Positions 11,231-24,787 of a DNA stretch of 64,000 nt are shown in pieces. The position numbers were made by a program, and so were the translations under genes. The notes beneath the pieces are model-generated. The model had not been told where the DNA came from and did no database searches. It saw only the letters and a program-made list of their open reading frames with translations. Where the stretch lies: positions 16,906,947-16,970,946 of the forward strand of contig NC_068994.1 of the NCBI RefSeq assembly GCF_001194135.2, in the 5' to 3' direction. Source of the stretch: Octopus bimaculoides (Eukaryota). The first letter of the stretch is position 1; each line of letters opens with the position of its first letter.

Positions 11231-12062
11231 TTTATGACTAGAATATAAATTAATATGAAATTTTGATTGAAGATTTAGATCACTTCAAAACACAAATTTA
11301 TATCTTAGAACTGGGTGTAATCTCAGACAGGTTGGTATTAAAGGGGTTAAATTTACATTCAGTTTGAAATTCTGGGAATGTTTTCAATTGTGACAGAAAT
11401 CTGAAGTGAGCTGGAGGGTACAACAGCTAAAACATTGTGACTATAACAACCAAGTTAAGGACACTAGTCTGAGTATAGTAGTATGCAGTGACCATAAAAT
11501 TAGTTTTATAATTGTCTGATTAAATCAACTGTGATATTTTCTTAAGTTCTTTTTCATCTAAGTTGTCCCAGTAAAGAAGCTGACAGAATACTTAGCATTA
11601 CTTTGGCATCTGTGCTACTCACAGAAATGAACTATACTTTGTCTTGAGATCATGATTTGAAGAAAAAGAGGGTGAAGCACACATGTTTGTTTTCTAGAGA
11701 AATATTGCCATCTATCCAAAGAGAATCAAACTTAATTCTTCATAGTTTCAGTTGTGTGTAAATCTCAAGGATTTTATTTGTGTTTGGCTACAGTTTCATT
11801 GTTTCTTTCTGTTTTGTTTACAACTGACAAAGCATGGCTATGAAGTCATGCATATTTTATTGCTAGAGGACATCATTCATAACCCATCTTAATGTACCAC
11901 CACACACATTGTCTATAAGGAGAATTTCTCTTCTAAGACAGTTACTGCAGTGATGGTCTTAACACATTTGAGTGTACATGATGTGTTAAATATAAATGTA
12001 CACACTCTGGAAGGACACAAAGATACAAACAACAAAGACACACACATGTAGATATATACATA

Positions 12063-12281
12063 CAAAAGCGGGTGCTGAAAAGTTCCTAGCTTTGAGTAAA
12101 AGAAAATATAGGAGGATCAGTTAATTATGATTTTATTCAACATATTCCCCTCTCAGATTCACACACTTATTGCAGTTGTCTTTCAGTTTTTCTAAGCCCT
12201 GTAAAAGAACTCGGAGGGTTGGGCCTCCAACTAGGCCTTTTGTGATATCCTTAAAGCCAGGAACTTTTCAGCACCCCTTTG
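12063..12281. mobile_element. Mariner-derived MITE (about 220 bp); copies at 20695-20909 and 50689-50893
   Basis: TIRs GGTGCTGAAAAGTTCCT(A/G)GCTTT ... AAAGCCAGGAACTTTTCAGCACC with TA flanks. The interior resembles a mariner C-terminus (KLKDHCNKCMNLRGVYVE*). Confidence 0.85.
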
Positions 12282-12618
12282 TATATGTACAACGGGCTTC
12301 TTTCAGTTTCTGTCTATCAGATCCACTCACAAGGCTTTGGTCAGCCCGAGGTTGCATTGGACACTTGCCCAAGATGCCGTACAGTGGAACTGAGCCTGGA
12401 ACCATGTGTCTAGGTAGCAAGCTTCTGACCACACAATCATGCCTGCACCTAATATTGTATAAATATATATCCATTCTATTACTTTATAGGGAATGTACTC
12501 TTATTTCTGACTTGTGAAACTTCATCATACAACTCTGTGTGTGTAGGTGCACAATAGTGTGCTTGTATGTGTCATATTTCTGTGTATATCTTTACATTGA
12601 TCCTACTTTCAAAAAATT

Positions 12619-13010
12619 GTGGAGGCGCAACGGCCCAGTGGTTACGGCAGCGGACTCGCGGTCATAGGATCGCGGTTTCGATTCCCAGACCGGGCGTTGT
12701 GAGTGTTTATTGAGCGAAAACACCTAAAAAGCTCCACGAGGCTCCGGCAGGGAATGGTGGTGAACCCTGCTGTACTCTTCCACCACAACTTTCTCTCACT
12801 CTTACTTCCTGTTTCTGTTGTGCCTGTAATTCAAAGGGTCAGCCTTGTCACACTGTGTCACGCTGAATATCTCCGAGAACTACGTCAAGGGTACATGTGT
12901 CTGTGGAGTGGTCAGCCACTTGCACGTTAATTTCACGAGCAGGCTGTTCCGTTGATCGGATCAAGTGGAACCCTCGACGTCGTAAGCGACGGAGTGCCAA
13001 CAGCAACAAC
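12619..13010 (+). mobile_element. Young tRNA-derived SINE (family B), full length
   Basis: A box CGGCCCAGTGG, B box GTTTCGATTCC, near-identical to the copy at 47740, imperfect TSD CTTTCAAAAA..GT. Confidence 0.9.
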
Positions 13011-13287
13011 TTTCAAAAATGTGTTGTTTGTGTTTACGTCTTATTACTTAATTCTGTCACAAAAATTGAGCTCACAAAGATAGGTTGCAGGCTTTAAAAT
13101 AAATACTGGGGTTGATGTGATCAACTAAAACCCTTCAGATGGAGCCCCAGAATGACTGAGAAGTAAAGTGTAAAAGAATAACCCTTTAGGTTATTTTTAC
13201 ACTTCCTTTATTTCTCCTTCTTTTCCTGATTTACTCATTTTTTGTTTGTTCTTTTCTTTCCTTCTCCTGTGATAATTGATTTAAAAG

Positions 13288-13352
13288 GTGGATGGGAATA
13301 TTCCATGAACATTATTTGTTTTCACAAGAATATTTTATTTACTGCTGGCAAG
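13288..13352 (+). CDS. CFAP43: CFAP43 exon; GWEYSMNIICFHKNILFTAGK
   Basis: Acceptor ttaaaag, donor AAG|GTAAGT, phase 1 to 0, which fits both neighbours. Resembles human TLVYQKEGVLASGI. Confidence 0.8.
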
Positions 13353-15405
13353 GTAAGTTTGTGTTGAAATTTTGTTCTTACATTAGACATCTTTTCTCTG
13401 TTTCTTCCCATTCTGTTGTCAAAGTACATGGCCTAGTGGACAGGGTATTGCACTCACAATTGCAAGATTGTGGTTTTGATTCCCAGACCAAGCAGTGCAT
13501 TGTGTTCTTGAGCAAAGCACTTCATTTCACATTGCTCCAGTTCACTCAGCTGTAAATGAGTAACCCTGTGAGTCTGGTTCAGTGGGAATCTCGTGATTTT
13601 GGTCACTTGTATTGCTATGGAAACTGGGTAACTGGTCCTATGAATCCTTGAACTCAAGATGGTTTCTTGAAATGCCAGTACCAAGAATAGGCTATATAAA
13701 TGCTTGTGGCTTAGGTTCAACGGGGAAGTAAGGACATCCACTCAATAACCTCAGGTCATTATGTAACCATTGTGCAGTAACCATTAGTGAGATGAAGATT
13801 TTTGAACTTAGTTATTTGCTCTTCTGGATGACTTTGAAGTTTATGCCTCCTTTGGTCAACCCATATTGAGTGGCGTAATTGTGCTGTCTCACAGAAAGGC
13901 TTAGACACATTGGTAAGTATAGTTTTCTTTGACCTGATTGGTAGGTCAGTGGTCTTGGATACTGTTGTGGAAGGATTCCGACCACCCCCAAGTGACTAGA
14001 AGTGGACTGACACATTGCTATAAAATAAAGAACAGTGAGCAATTGAGGCAAGCAGTTCACTGTGAGCCATTGGCAGAGAGCGTTTAACCTCGTATAACAG
14101 TAAGTGTAGTGTGTCGTGTGAATACTTTCTTTCCCACTGCTTCATTAGATTATTTACCCAACACCAGGATAGAAAGATACAAATCTTCTCACTATACTTT
14201 AGGCTATTTATGCCTGACAGAAGTTGGTCAACCAGATTTCTTTAGACACTTTGAGATGTTCCTGGAAACATCTCACTCATTAGTCTTAGTGAGTGACTGG
14301 AACAGGATCTTCTATACATGCAGATATTATGTGGTAGTCACCAGTAAAGTCTTGCAAATTTTTCAAGTACTTCCAAGTATATGACAAGTTTTGTCTCAAT
14401 TTTCCTAATGTACCAATGTGGACTAAGTCAAATATGTTACATATTTAGATTGATTTCTTTGAGTTAAGATGTTTAAGGTTTTTAAATGGCTTAGTTTTTA
14501 TAGGGCTTTTGAGGGTGGTCAAGGAAAGGAAAGAAGAAACCATGACTTGTGGTTGGTCCTCAGATCAGAGATTACATTGTGTAACACAATTTTTGTTCTT
14601 GGGTAGCAGCTGTTATTTCCTATTGGCTTACTCTTGAAAAGTATGATAAATGGCTAATATTTCCTTCAAACTTTGGTTTTGTTACATTTATTCAAACCCT
14701 AAAGAACCCCTCCCAGCACATGGCTATGATGCTCCCCCCACTACTCCTGCTCATGATCAGAGGTGTATGTATTCTCAGCCACTAAGGGACATAATAGAAT
14801 GGTTAAGGTCAAGCAGCTAACAAGCAAATCTGTGGTAGTGAACAGAATATTTACTATAATGATATTTCTGCTTCAGCAATTCAGTGCTGAATCTGTCTGA
14901 AAAGTAATGGAAAATGGGTTAGTTTTAAAACATTGATGTTCAGGTCACGAAGCAAAGTTTGAAAGGAATAATTATCATTTACTTTGATAGACTCAGGAAG
15001 ACATGGGACAATGTGGTGAGAAAGAATCTTTGGATGCTGAGCCTCACTGAGGAAATGACAAGCGGATGGGAGATGTGGAAATTTGCTGTACTTGATAGGA
15101 CACATCAAGCTAAGTAAAATCGCTGTTTTCCACACATACAGGCTTGTTCTGTCAGGTGCCAGTGCCACTTAAAAAGCACCTGTCCTGGTGCTGTGTTAAC
15201 ACACTTGTGCCAGTACTGCATAAATGCACCCATGCCAGTGGCACGTAAAAGGCACCCAGCACACTCTGCTAAGTAGCTGGTGTTAGGAAGGGCATCCAGC
15301 CATAGAAACCATGCCACAACAAACAGTTGGAGTCTGGACAGTTCCCTGCTAGCTAGTTCCGTGTCAAACTGTCCAACCCATGCCAGCATGGAGAGCGGAC
15401 GTTAA

Positions 15406-15440
<35 letters not shown>

Positions 15441-16444
15441 ATATACAACAGGCTCCTTTCAGTTTTCATCGACCAAATCTACTCACAAGGCTTTGGTTGG
15501 CCTGAGGCTATAGTAGAAAACACTTGCCCAATGTGCCATGCAGTGGGACTGAACCCGGAACCATGTGCTTGGGAAGTTAGCTTTTTATCAAACAGCCATA
15601 CCTGCACCATTATATTTCATATAATTGACCAATCACCTCTGAGTGTAAACATGGTTAAATTCAGTATTCATGTCTTGATGCATTACACACAATATCTTCA
15701 TTTAGATTCTTGTATATTTCAACCATAGTAGTTTTTTCACCTCTTTTGTTGCCACATTTCTCATGAAATAGTTTTCAATTAATTTTAAAATATAATGAAG
15801 AATGTAATGAAACAACTTTGTCACTGATGAAAGGAAACCTGCTCAATGATCTGCTTTGAGTTTCACCATTCCACAGAAGAATTATTTCATATTCTCTCAA
15901 AGTTTCTAAGTTTTTATGACATCATCAACATATAATTCTCATTGGTAAGAATAAAGTTTCTAAAATGGATAGAGAAATTTAAAGGATTGTTTTGGTCCAA
16001 TGGTAGAACATTTGTCATGTTTGCAGAAGATGTAGGTTCAAGTTTCACTGGCAGCCCTTTGACCTTTTCTATCCAAAGGGATTTTGACCCAATATTTGCA
16101 CACTATTGTTTATAGCTTAATCTGTTTCAAGTTTCACCATTCCAAAAATAATTTTATCATTATTAAGCTGATGTATGGAACATAAATGAACATGAAATTT
16201 TAATGGGAAATTTTAATTTAGATCCATTTAAAATAAAAAGTTTGTACCACAGAACCAGGTGCAGTTTTGAGTGGGATGATATCACCATCATCATTTAACA
16301 TCCATTGTCCATGCTGGCATGGGATGGACAGTTTGACAGGAACTGGTAAGACAGAGGATCTCACCAAGCTCCATTGTTTGGTATGGTTTCTATAGCTAGA
16401 TGCCCTTCCTAACGTCAGCCACTTTACAGAGTGTGCTGGATGTC

Positions 16445-16910
16445 TTTATGTGGCACTGCATGGGCACTTTTATGTGTCACTGCATGGGCACTTTTATGTG
16501 TCACTGCATGGGCACTTTTATGTGACACCACACGGATGCTTTTACATGATACTGCATGAGTGCTTTTACATGTTGTTGTACAGGTGCTTTTACATGACAT
16601 TGCATGGGCCCTTTTATGTGCCACTGCATGGGTGCTTTTATATGTCGCCACATGGGCACTTTTATGTGCACCACATGGGTGCTTAAACAAGTCGCTGCAC
16701 TGACACATTTATGTGATGCCACATGGATGTTTTTATGTGTTGACGCATAGAGCACTTTTACATGTCGCTGTATGGGCACTTTTATGTGCACCACATGGGT
16801 GCTTAAATGTATCACCACACTGACACTTTTACATGACGCCGCATGGGCGTTTTTATGTGTTGCTGCATATGTGCTTTTACATGACACCGCATAGACACTT
16901 TTACATGATA
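16445..16910. repeat. 24-bp minisatellite (about 19 degenerate units)
   Basis: Unit GGGCACTTTTATGTGTCACTGCAT, giving an 8-aa periodicity (LHGHFYVS) in the ORF track. Confidence 0.9.
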
Positions 16911-16940
16911 GATACATAAAAAGAGAAGTTTTTTATGTTG

Positions 16941-16974
<34 letters not shown>

Positions 16975-17439
16975 ATATATGTGACTGGCACCCACACCAG
17001 TGGAGTGTTAACAGTACCATCTGAGTGGGATCACTGCCAGAGCAGCTGCCTGGCTTCCATGTCAGTGGGACGTAAAAAGCACCATTTGAGCGTGATTGTT
17101 ACCAGCGTCACCTTACTGGCACTTGTGCTGGTAGCACATAAAAAACACCATTTGAGCGTGGCCGTTGTCAGTACTGCCAGACTGGCCCTCGTGCCAGTGG
17201 CACGTAAAAGCACCCACTACACTCTCGGAGTGGTTGGCATTAGGAAGGGCATCCAGCTGTAGAAACTCTGCCAGATCAGATTGGAGGCTGGTGCAGCCAT
17301 CCAGTTCACCAGTCCTCAGTCAAATCGTCCAACTCATGCTAGCATGGAAAGCGGATGTTAAACGATGATGATGATATATATATATAAAGTTAACCCTTTA
17401 AACATTATTGAACTTGTTGAGTTTCTCTTCAAATTTCAG

Positions 17440-17574
17440 AATGGATATCTTTGTGTGTTTGATGTTTCCAAGGATGATGCTATAAAGTTGATAACTTTCT
17501 ACAACATAGAATCGCCTGTCACATCAATGATTTTAACTCTTTCACATGATAAGCTTTTGTTAGGAACAGCTGGA
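17440..17574 (+). CDS. CFAP43: CFAP43 exon; NGYLCVFDVSKDD...SPVTSMILTLSHDKLLLGTAG (WD40 blade)
   Basis: Acceptor aatttcag, donor GTAAGT, 45 codons, phase 0/0. Confidence 0.92.
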
Positions 17575-19288
17575 GTAAGTCACATGTTATTTACTTATCT
17601 GTTTTTCTTTTTGTTTTTTAATATTCTCTTCTACTGTTTACAATGTGTTTGTTCATCAAGTTTTGCCTTTTATCTTTTATCTTTTACTTGTTTCAGTCAT
17701 TTGATTGCGACCATGCTGGGGCACTGCCTTGAAAGGTTTTAGTCAAATACATCCACCCTAGGACTTATTTTTTAAGCCTAGTATTTATTCTATTGGTCTT
17801 GTATGCCAAATGGCTAAGTTACAGGGATGTAAACACACCAATACCGGTTGTCAAGTGGTGGTTGAGGACAAACACAGACACAAAGACATATACATTTTCA
17901 GTTTCTGTTTACCAAATCCATTCACAAAGCTTTGGTTGGTTGGAGGTTATAGTAGAAGAAACTTGCCCAAGGTGCCACACAGTGGGATTGAACCTGAAAC
18001 CATGTGGTTAAGAAGCAAGCTTCTTACTACACAGCCATGCTTACAATTAATTTAATTTTTTCTTTTTCATTTAGAGAATCCCATTTGGCCACTAACCAAG
18101 TGGCTCTTTAGTTTCAGTTAAGACAAGTGTTGGAGGTTTGAGGTCATCTGAATCAGTTGATGTATATATACATGCATGTTTGTGCTTATGGATAGCTTGT
18201 ATTTGTGTGGTGGGCATGCATTTCACTTTCGTATAAACTATCAGTGCTTCACATTTTTTATACTTTAGTATACAAATGTTTGTGCTTCACTCTTATGTGT
18301 GTGTTCATGAATTCTACATGTATATGTAAATGTGTACATATGTCTGACCCAGGAAATTTACATGGGTTTCGAGTGGGTCCCTGAAGTATTTCACATGTTT
18401 TTCATATATTTAATATGGGAAACTCACATAAAAAATTTCTAGAATGCTTTGCAGATTTTAACCATACCACTGATTGATTGTATTGGTGAACACAGATTAG
18501 CTTGGTTTGTTCTTTTTTGTAGAACACTGAGGTGTTTGAATGTCTGTCTGTCTGTCTGCCTTTCCTTCTGCCTTTCTGTCTGTCTGTCTGTATGTATGTG
18601 TATAAGTATGCATGCATGTATGTATGCATGATGTATGCATGTATGCATTTATGTATAGATGGTGTATGCATGTATGTATGCATATATTTGTATATATGTA
18701 TGTATTCTAGCATGTGTATATGTATGATTGCATGTATGTATGTATGTATGTATGTATGATGCATGTATATATGTATGTATGGTGTATGCATGTATGTATT
18801 ATGCATTTATGTATGTATGTATGTATGTATGTATACTCTTTTACTTGTTTCAGTCATTTGACTGTGGCCATGCTGGAGCACCACCTTTAGTTGAACAAAT
18901 CGACCCCAGGACTTATTCTTTGTAAGCCTAGTACTTATTCTATCGGTCTCTTTTACCAAACCGCTAAGTTACTGGAATGTAAACACACCAGCATCGGTTG
19001 TCAAGCGATGGTGGGAGGGACAAACACAGACACACAAACATACATGCCGAGGCGATGACTACGGACCGAGACCTTTGGAAATGGGCTGTGCGTGAGAAGA
19101 CCCGGCAAGCCAAGTAAGATCGTTGCCAGTGCCCCTGGACTGGTTCTTGTGCGGGTGGCACATGAGATGCACCATTTTGAGCGTGGCCGTTGCCAGTACC
19201 GCCTGACTGGCTNNNNNNNNNNNNNNNNNNNNNNNNNNNNNNNNNNNNNNNNNNNNNNNNNNNNNNNNNNNNNNNNNNNNNNNNNNNN

Positions 19289-19319
<31 letters not shown>

Positions 19320-19770
19320 TACGACGGGCTTCTTTCAGTTTCTGTCTACCAAATCTTCTTACAAAGCTTTGGTCGGCCCGAGGCTATAGTAGAAGACACT
19401 TGCCCAAGGTGCCACGCAGTGGGACTGAACCTGGGACCATGTGGTTGGTAAGCAAGCTACTTACCACACAGCCACTCCTACGCCTATATGTATATGTATC
19501 TTTTTCTTTTACTTGTTTCAATCACTGAACTGCAGTCTTGCTGAAGCACTGTATTGAAAGGTTTGAACCAATCATATCATGCATGTCCAGTACTTACTTT
19601 AGCATGCTTTATCTGTCATACTGCTAAGTTTACAAGACATAAACACATAACTGTTTTTCAAGCTGGGGGTCAATATAACAACAGACATACAGCTGGAGAC
19701 TCACATACACATGCATCTGTGTGTGTGTGTGTGTGTGTGTATGTGGAGAGAGACAGACAGACAGAGAGAC

Positions 19771-20652
19771 AGTGAGAGAAGGAGAGAGTGAGAGAAGGAG
19801 AGAGTGAGAGAAGGAGAGAGTGAGAGAAGGAGAGAGTGAGAGAAGGAGAGAGTGAGAGAAGAAGAGAGTGAGAGAAGAAGAGAGTGAGAGAAGGAGAGAG
19901 TGAGAGAAGGAGAGAGTGAGAGAAGGAGAGAAGGAGAGAGTGAGAGAAGGTGAGAGTGAGAGAAGNNNNNNNNNNNNNNNNNNNNNNNNNNNNNNNNNNN
20001 NNNNNNNNNNNNNNNNNNNNNNNNNNNNNNNNNNNNNNNNNNNNNNNNNNNNNNNNNNNNNNNNNNNNNNNNNNNNNNNNNNNNNNNNNNNNNNNNNNNN
20101 NNNNNNNNNNNNNNNNNNNNNNNNNNNNNNNNNNNNNNNNNNNNNNNNNNNNNNNNNNNNNNNNNNNNNNNNNNNNNNNNNNNNNNNNNNNNNNNNNNNN
20201 NNNNNNNNNNNNNNNNNNNNNNNNNNNNNNNNNGAGAGAGTGAGAGAAGGAGAGAGTGAGAGAAGGAGAGAGTGAGAGAAGGAGAGAGTGAGAGAAGAAG
20301 AGAGTGAGAGAAGGAGAGAGTGAGAGAAGGAGAGAGTGAGAGAAGGAGAGAGTGAGAGAAGGAGAGAGAGTGAGAGAAGGAGAGAGTGAGAGAAGGAGAG
20401 AGTGAGAGAAGAAGAGAGTGAGAGAAGGAGAGAAGGAGAGAGTGAGAGAAGGAGAGAAGGAGCGAATGAGAGAAGGAGAGAGTGAGAGAAGGTGAGAGTG
20501 AGAGAAGGAGAGAAGGAGAGAGTGAGAGAAGGAGAGAATGAGAGAAGGAGAGAATGAGAGAAGGAGAGAGTGAGAGAAGGTGAGAGTGAGAGAAGGAGAG
20601 AGTGAGAGAAGAAGAGAGTGAGAGAAGGAGAGAGTGAGAGAAGGAGAGAGAG
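19771..20652. repeat. 16-bp purine-rich tandem array with an internal N gap
   Basis: (AGTGAGAGAAGGAGAG)n with minor variants. Confidence 0.95.
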
Positions 20653-22189
20653 ATAATGATGGAAATAAACAGATAAAAGCACTTGGGCTAGGTACGAAGG
20701 GATCCTGAAAATTTCCTGGCTTTTAGGGTATCGCAAAAGGCCTGGTTGGCAGCCCAATCTTCCAAGTTCTTTTACAGGGCTTAGTAAAACTGAAGCACCA
20801 CTGCTATAAGTGTGTGAATCTGAGAGGGTAATATGTTGAGTGAAATCATAATTAACTGATCCTCCTCTATTTTCTTTTACACAAACCAGGAACTTTTAAA
20901 CAACCCTTGTATATAAAATATACGTACATATATACATGTAAATAGAAAGAAACCAAGACTGAAAATATTCAGGTGATGAACATTCATGTATTAATATATA
21001 GATATTCAAATATTGATATAGCTTGCCCTAATTTTATAGGGAGTTCATGGCTCAAATTAGTATATGTTTTGAATAGTACTTGATTGGTAGAGGATAGTCA
21101 CATGACTGGTCTTAGAAATTTTTTATAGGTTGCCCATGTCTGTCTGTGTGCTAGTGTTAAGTGACAATGTTTGGCATTGTAAGTTAAGGCTGACATGGTT
21201 CATTGAACATGTTTAGTAATGCACGCATATGTGTGTGTGTGTGTGTATGTGCGTGTGTGTGTATGTGCGTGTGTGTGTATGTGTGTGTGTGTGTGTGTAT
21301 TTGACCCCCTCCCACTATTTGACAACCAGTATTGGTTTGTTTACTTCCCCGTAACTTAATGATTCACCAAAAGCAGCCAATAGAATAAGCATCAGGTTTA
21401 ACAAAAAATAAGTACTGGGGTCAATTCATTCAACTAAAAAAAATTCTTCAAGGTGGTGCTCCAGCATGGCCACAATGTAATGACTGGAACAAATAAAAGA
21501 TAAAAGACAAAATGAAGGAAATAGGAAACAAAAAGACACAGTAACAGCCTCAGATTTTGAGAAGGACAAAAAGTATATTGGTTATAAAATAGTTTGTGTA
21601 TTTCCGTCTTTTCATTGTCTCTGCTTGCTATTCCTGTGAGAGTAGTTGTGGTTACAGAGTCCTCAAGCACAGAGTCCTCAAGCACAGAGTCCTATCAAGA
21701 GCAACTGTCAATACACTTTCCATTTATATATTTCACTGCTTTATTAGTTAGGGAGAGGAGGAAGGACAGTGCCCTTAATCTCTGAAGGTTTTCTCAGAGC
21801 AAGTAAGAGAGACGTTTGGACATATGTTGTAAGTGAGGGTAACGTACTTTGCGGGTTACCAGAAGGATGCAATTTTAGAATGGAGAGTCATGGGAGGGAA
21901 GAAATGACTGGAGTGATGAGAGGCAAAAACAGGAGGGTGTATATACTGTAAAGATAACTACTTCAAAAGGGCAAAGGTAGTTGCAGTAGTTGTAAAAGTG
22001 GAAGAGAGAGAGAGAGAAAGAGAGGACACAGCACATGCACCAAGTGTTGTAGTCAGTTGTTGCTCAATTAGTTAAAGGGCTTTGTGAATAGTAACTTAAA
22101 TTACTATCACAAAGCGGTCATCACTTGCCAAATTGATTTTGATTTTAAAAGCTATTGAGCCTCCCCCACTCTTCCCTCCCTCCTTATTT

Positions 22190-22495
22190 TGTTGCTGCTG
22201 CTGCTGTTATTGGTGCTGTTGCAGTTGTTGTTGCTATTCTTCTTCTTCTTCTTCTTCTTCTTCTTCTTCTTCTTCTTCTTCTTCTTCTTCTTCTTCTTCT
22301 TCTTTCCTCCTCCTCCTCTCCCGCTTCCCCTCCCCTCCTCCTCTTCCTTTTCTTTTACCCCATCTTCCTGGCTTTTTCTATTTTCTCTTCTGATTCTTGC
22401 CTTCCTCTGCAGTCTCCCTAATCAACCACCACCACCACCACAACAACAACAACAACAACATCGCCCTCCTCTACCCCCACCTCCACCATCAATGT
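22190..22495. repeat. Compound trinucleotide microsatellite (GCT/GTT, CTT, CCT, CCA, CAA)
   Basis: Directly visible; ends about 30 nt before exon 22524. Confidence 0.9.
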
Positions 22496-22523
22496 CTGAA
22501 CATATCTTCTCTGTGTTTGACAG

Positions 22524-22640
22524 GGTAAAATTCAGACACATGATATTGACAAAATAGACAATGTTGAAAAATTGGAGGATGAATCAAGTTCAGAATTTGT
22601 GGATATGAGACCTGTCTATCCAGGAACAACAGTTGCAGTT
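22524..22640 (+). CDS. CFAP43: CFAP43 exon; GKIQTHDIDK...FVDMRPVYPGTTVAV
   Basis: Acceptor tttgacag, donor GTAAGT, 39 codons. Resembles human KFQAIDFITPGTQYFM. Confidence 0.9.
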
Positions 22641-22756
22641 GTAAGTAAAACTCACAAAAAAAAAAAAAACAAATGGTGTATTTTTTAAAATTAAAATTAC
22701 TTTAAAATTAAATTGTCAATTGATTAAATATCAATTTTGTTTCCTTATATTTTCAG

Positions 22757-22837
22757 TCTGCTCGACAAAATGGTTTAATTGAATTTTGGGACATGAAAAC
22801 TGAGAAAAAACATTCTTTTTTTGATTTAGAAAATGAG
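22757..22837 (+). CDS. CFAP43: CFAP43 exon; SARQNGLIEFWDMKTEKKHSFFDLENE
   Basis: Acceptor tattttcag, donor GAG|GTAATC, 27 codons, WD motif (FWD). Confidence 0.92.
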
Positions 22838-24246
22838 GTAATCACAAAGAAATTTTACATATTTTTTTTGTGTTGCTGTGAGTCTCTTTTAAATTCTGTT
22901 TTATGATATGAGGTATAGGCAAGAACCATACTCCCCAATCACTTGATTCCTGCTCAGTTTCAATGCACAGCACCTTGTGCAAATGTCTTCTGCTATACCC
23001 CTGAGCTGAGCAAAAACTTCCAAGTGGATTTGGTAGATGTCAACTGAAAGAAGCTCATTGTTTATGTATATCATCATCATTGTTGTTTAATGTCTGTTTT
23101 CCATATTGGCATGGGTTGGATGGTTTGACTAGAGCTGGGATACCAGAAAGCTGATTTGACTTTGTTTCTATGACTGGATGCCCTTCCTAATGCCAACCAC
23201 TTTACAAAGTGTGCTGGGTGCTTTTTACGTGGCATGTGTGTGTGTGTGTGTGTGTGTAATGCATGTGCCTGTATCTGTATGTGTGTTAGTGTTTCCTTGT
23301 TTTGACATCACATGAAAATTGTAAATGAATGTCACCGTTGCACAAAGTTGTCCTTTGTTTCCAATCTTCTGTAAAACATTCTTTGGTCATAGGAAACAGG
23401 TGAGGGTTGGCAACAGAAAGGGCATCTGGTTGTAAAAAGAATCCACCTCAACAAATTTCGTCTGATCCATGCAAGGGGTAACATGAAATAAAGTGCCTTG
23501 GTAAAACCTTTTTACATTTAAACTGGTCATATCTGGTTTCAAATATTCTACCTATTTTATATCCAAACTGGTGAGATCTGGTCTCTTATAACTATGCTAC
23601 AATGTCATTCAAAAAAGAAAACCTAAACAATCAAATTATTGAAATCTCAAGGCTACAAGATAATGCATAATAATATTCATAACAATATGAATAAATAAAC
23701 ATTACATTTGGTAGAGGAATCTGATTGCTAAAGAGTTGAAGGGAAAATGTATTGCCCAGCCCAGGAATTAAACCCACAAATCTATAACCATTACTCAAGC
23801 TCTCTAACCATTAGCCCCCATATTTGCATATTTTGAAAGCATGCATGCAGGCACATACACACAAGCATGCATACATATGTGCAAACAACACACATGCATG
23901 TGTGCAAACAAACACACATGTATACACATACACATTCAGATGTGTGTTTGGCCATTGTTTTGTTCACTTGTCATCAATAAAGGCCTTCCATTACTTACTA
24001 CATGCATACATATATACACACAATATATTCCTTATGTTTAAGTCATTAGACTGCGGCCATGCTGGGGCACCACCTTGAAGAATTTTTAGTTGAGGGAATC
24101 AGCCCCAGTACATTTTTTTAAAACCTGGTACTTATTTGATTGATCTCATTTACTGAACTGCTAAGTTACAGGGATGCAAACACACTGACACCAGTTGTCA
24201 GCTGGTAGAGTGGAGTCAAATACAGACACAAAAACGCACACAGTTT

Positions 24247-24299
<53 letters not shown>

Positions 24300-24787
24300 G
24301 GCTTCTTTCAGTTTCTGTCTACCGAATCCACTCACAAAGCTTTGGTCGACCCAAGGCTGTAGTAGAAGATACTTGGCCAAGGTGCCACACAGTAGGACTA
24401 AGCTCAGAACCATGTGGTTGGGAAGCAAGCTTCTTACCACACAGCCATGCCTGTGCCTAATTTGATTGTGTATTTTTAAAAGCACATTGTAGGGTAGGTG
24501 TGAGTGGCCAGATATAACTAGTTTAAACATAAAACAGATAGAATATTTCAGATTAAAGTAAAAAAAGTGGTGACTCAAAATAATATAAGTTGAGCTATTT
24601 AGTTTTACCACTCTAGGTTCTGAGTTCATATCCTGCCAAGACTGAATTTGTATTTCATCCATATGAGGGTAAAGAAAGTAAATTAAATGCCAAAAAATAT
24701 ATTATGGGTTGTAATGTAGTTGACTTTTGTTTAAGAATTGACTTAGCAAGGAAGCCTCAGTATAGAACAGTTTAGGAACATGTTTAA

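Noticed and set aside
12621-12695. tRNA-like sequence (also at 47743 and 42151)
   Set aside because: These are SINE heads followed by SINE body and TSDs; no acceptor stem could be closed.
13560-14400. Unique-looking stretch with short ORFs on both strands
   Set aside because: No motif recognised in any frame; possibly an old TE, left unclassified.
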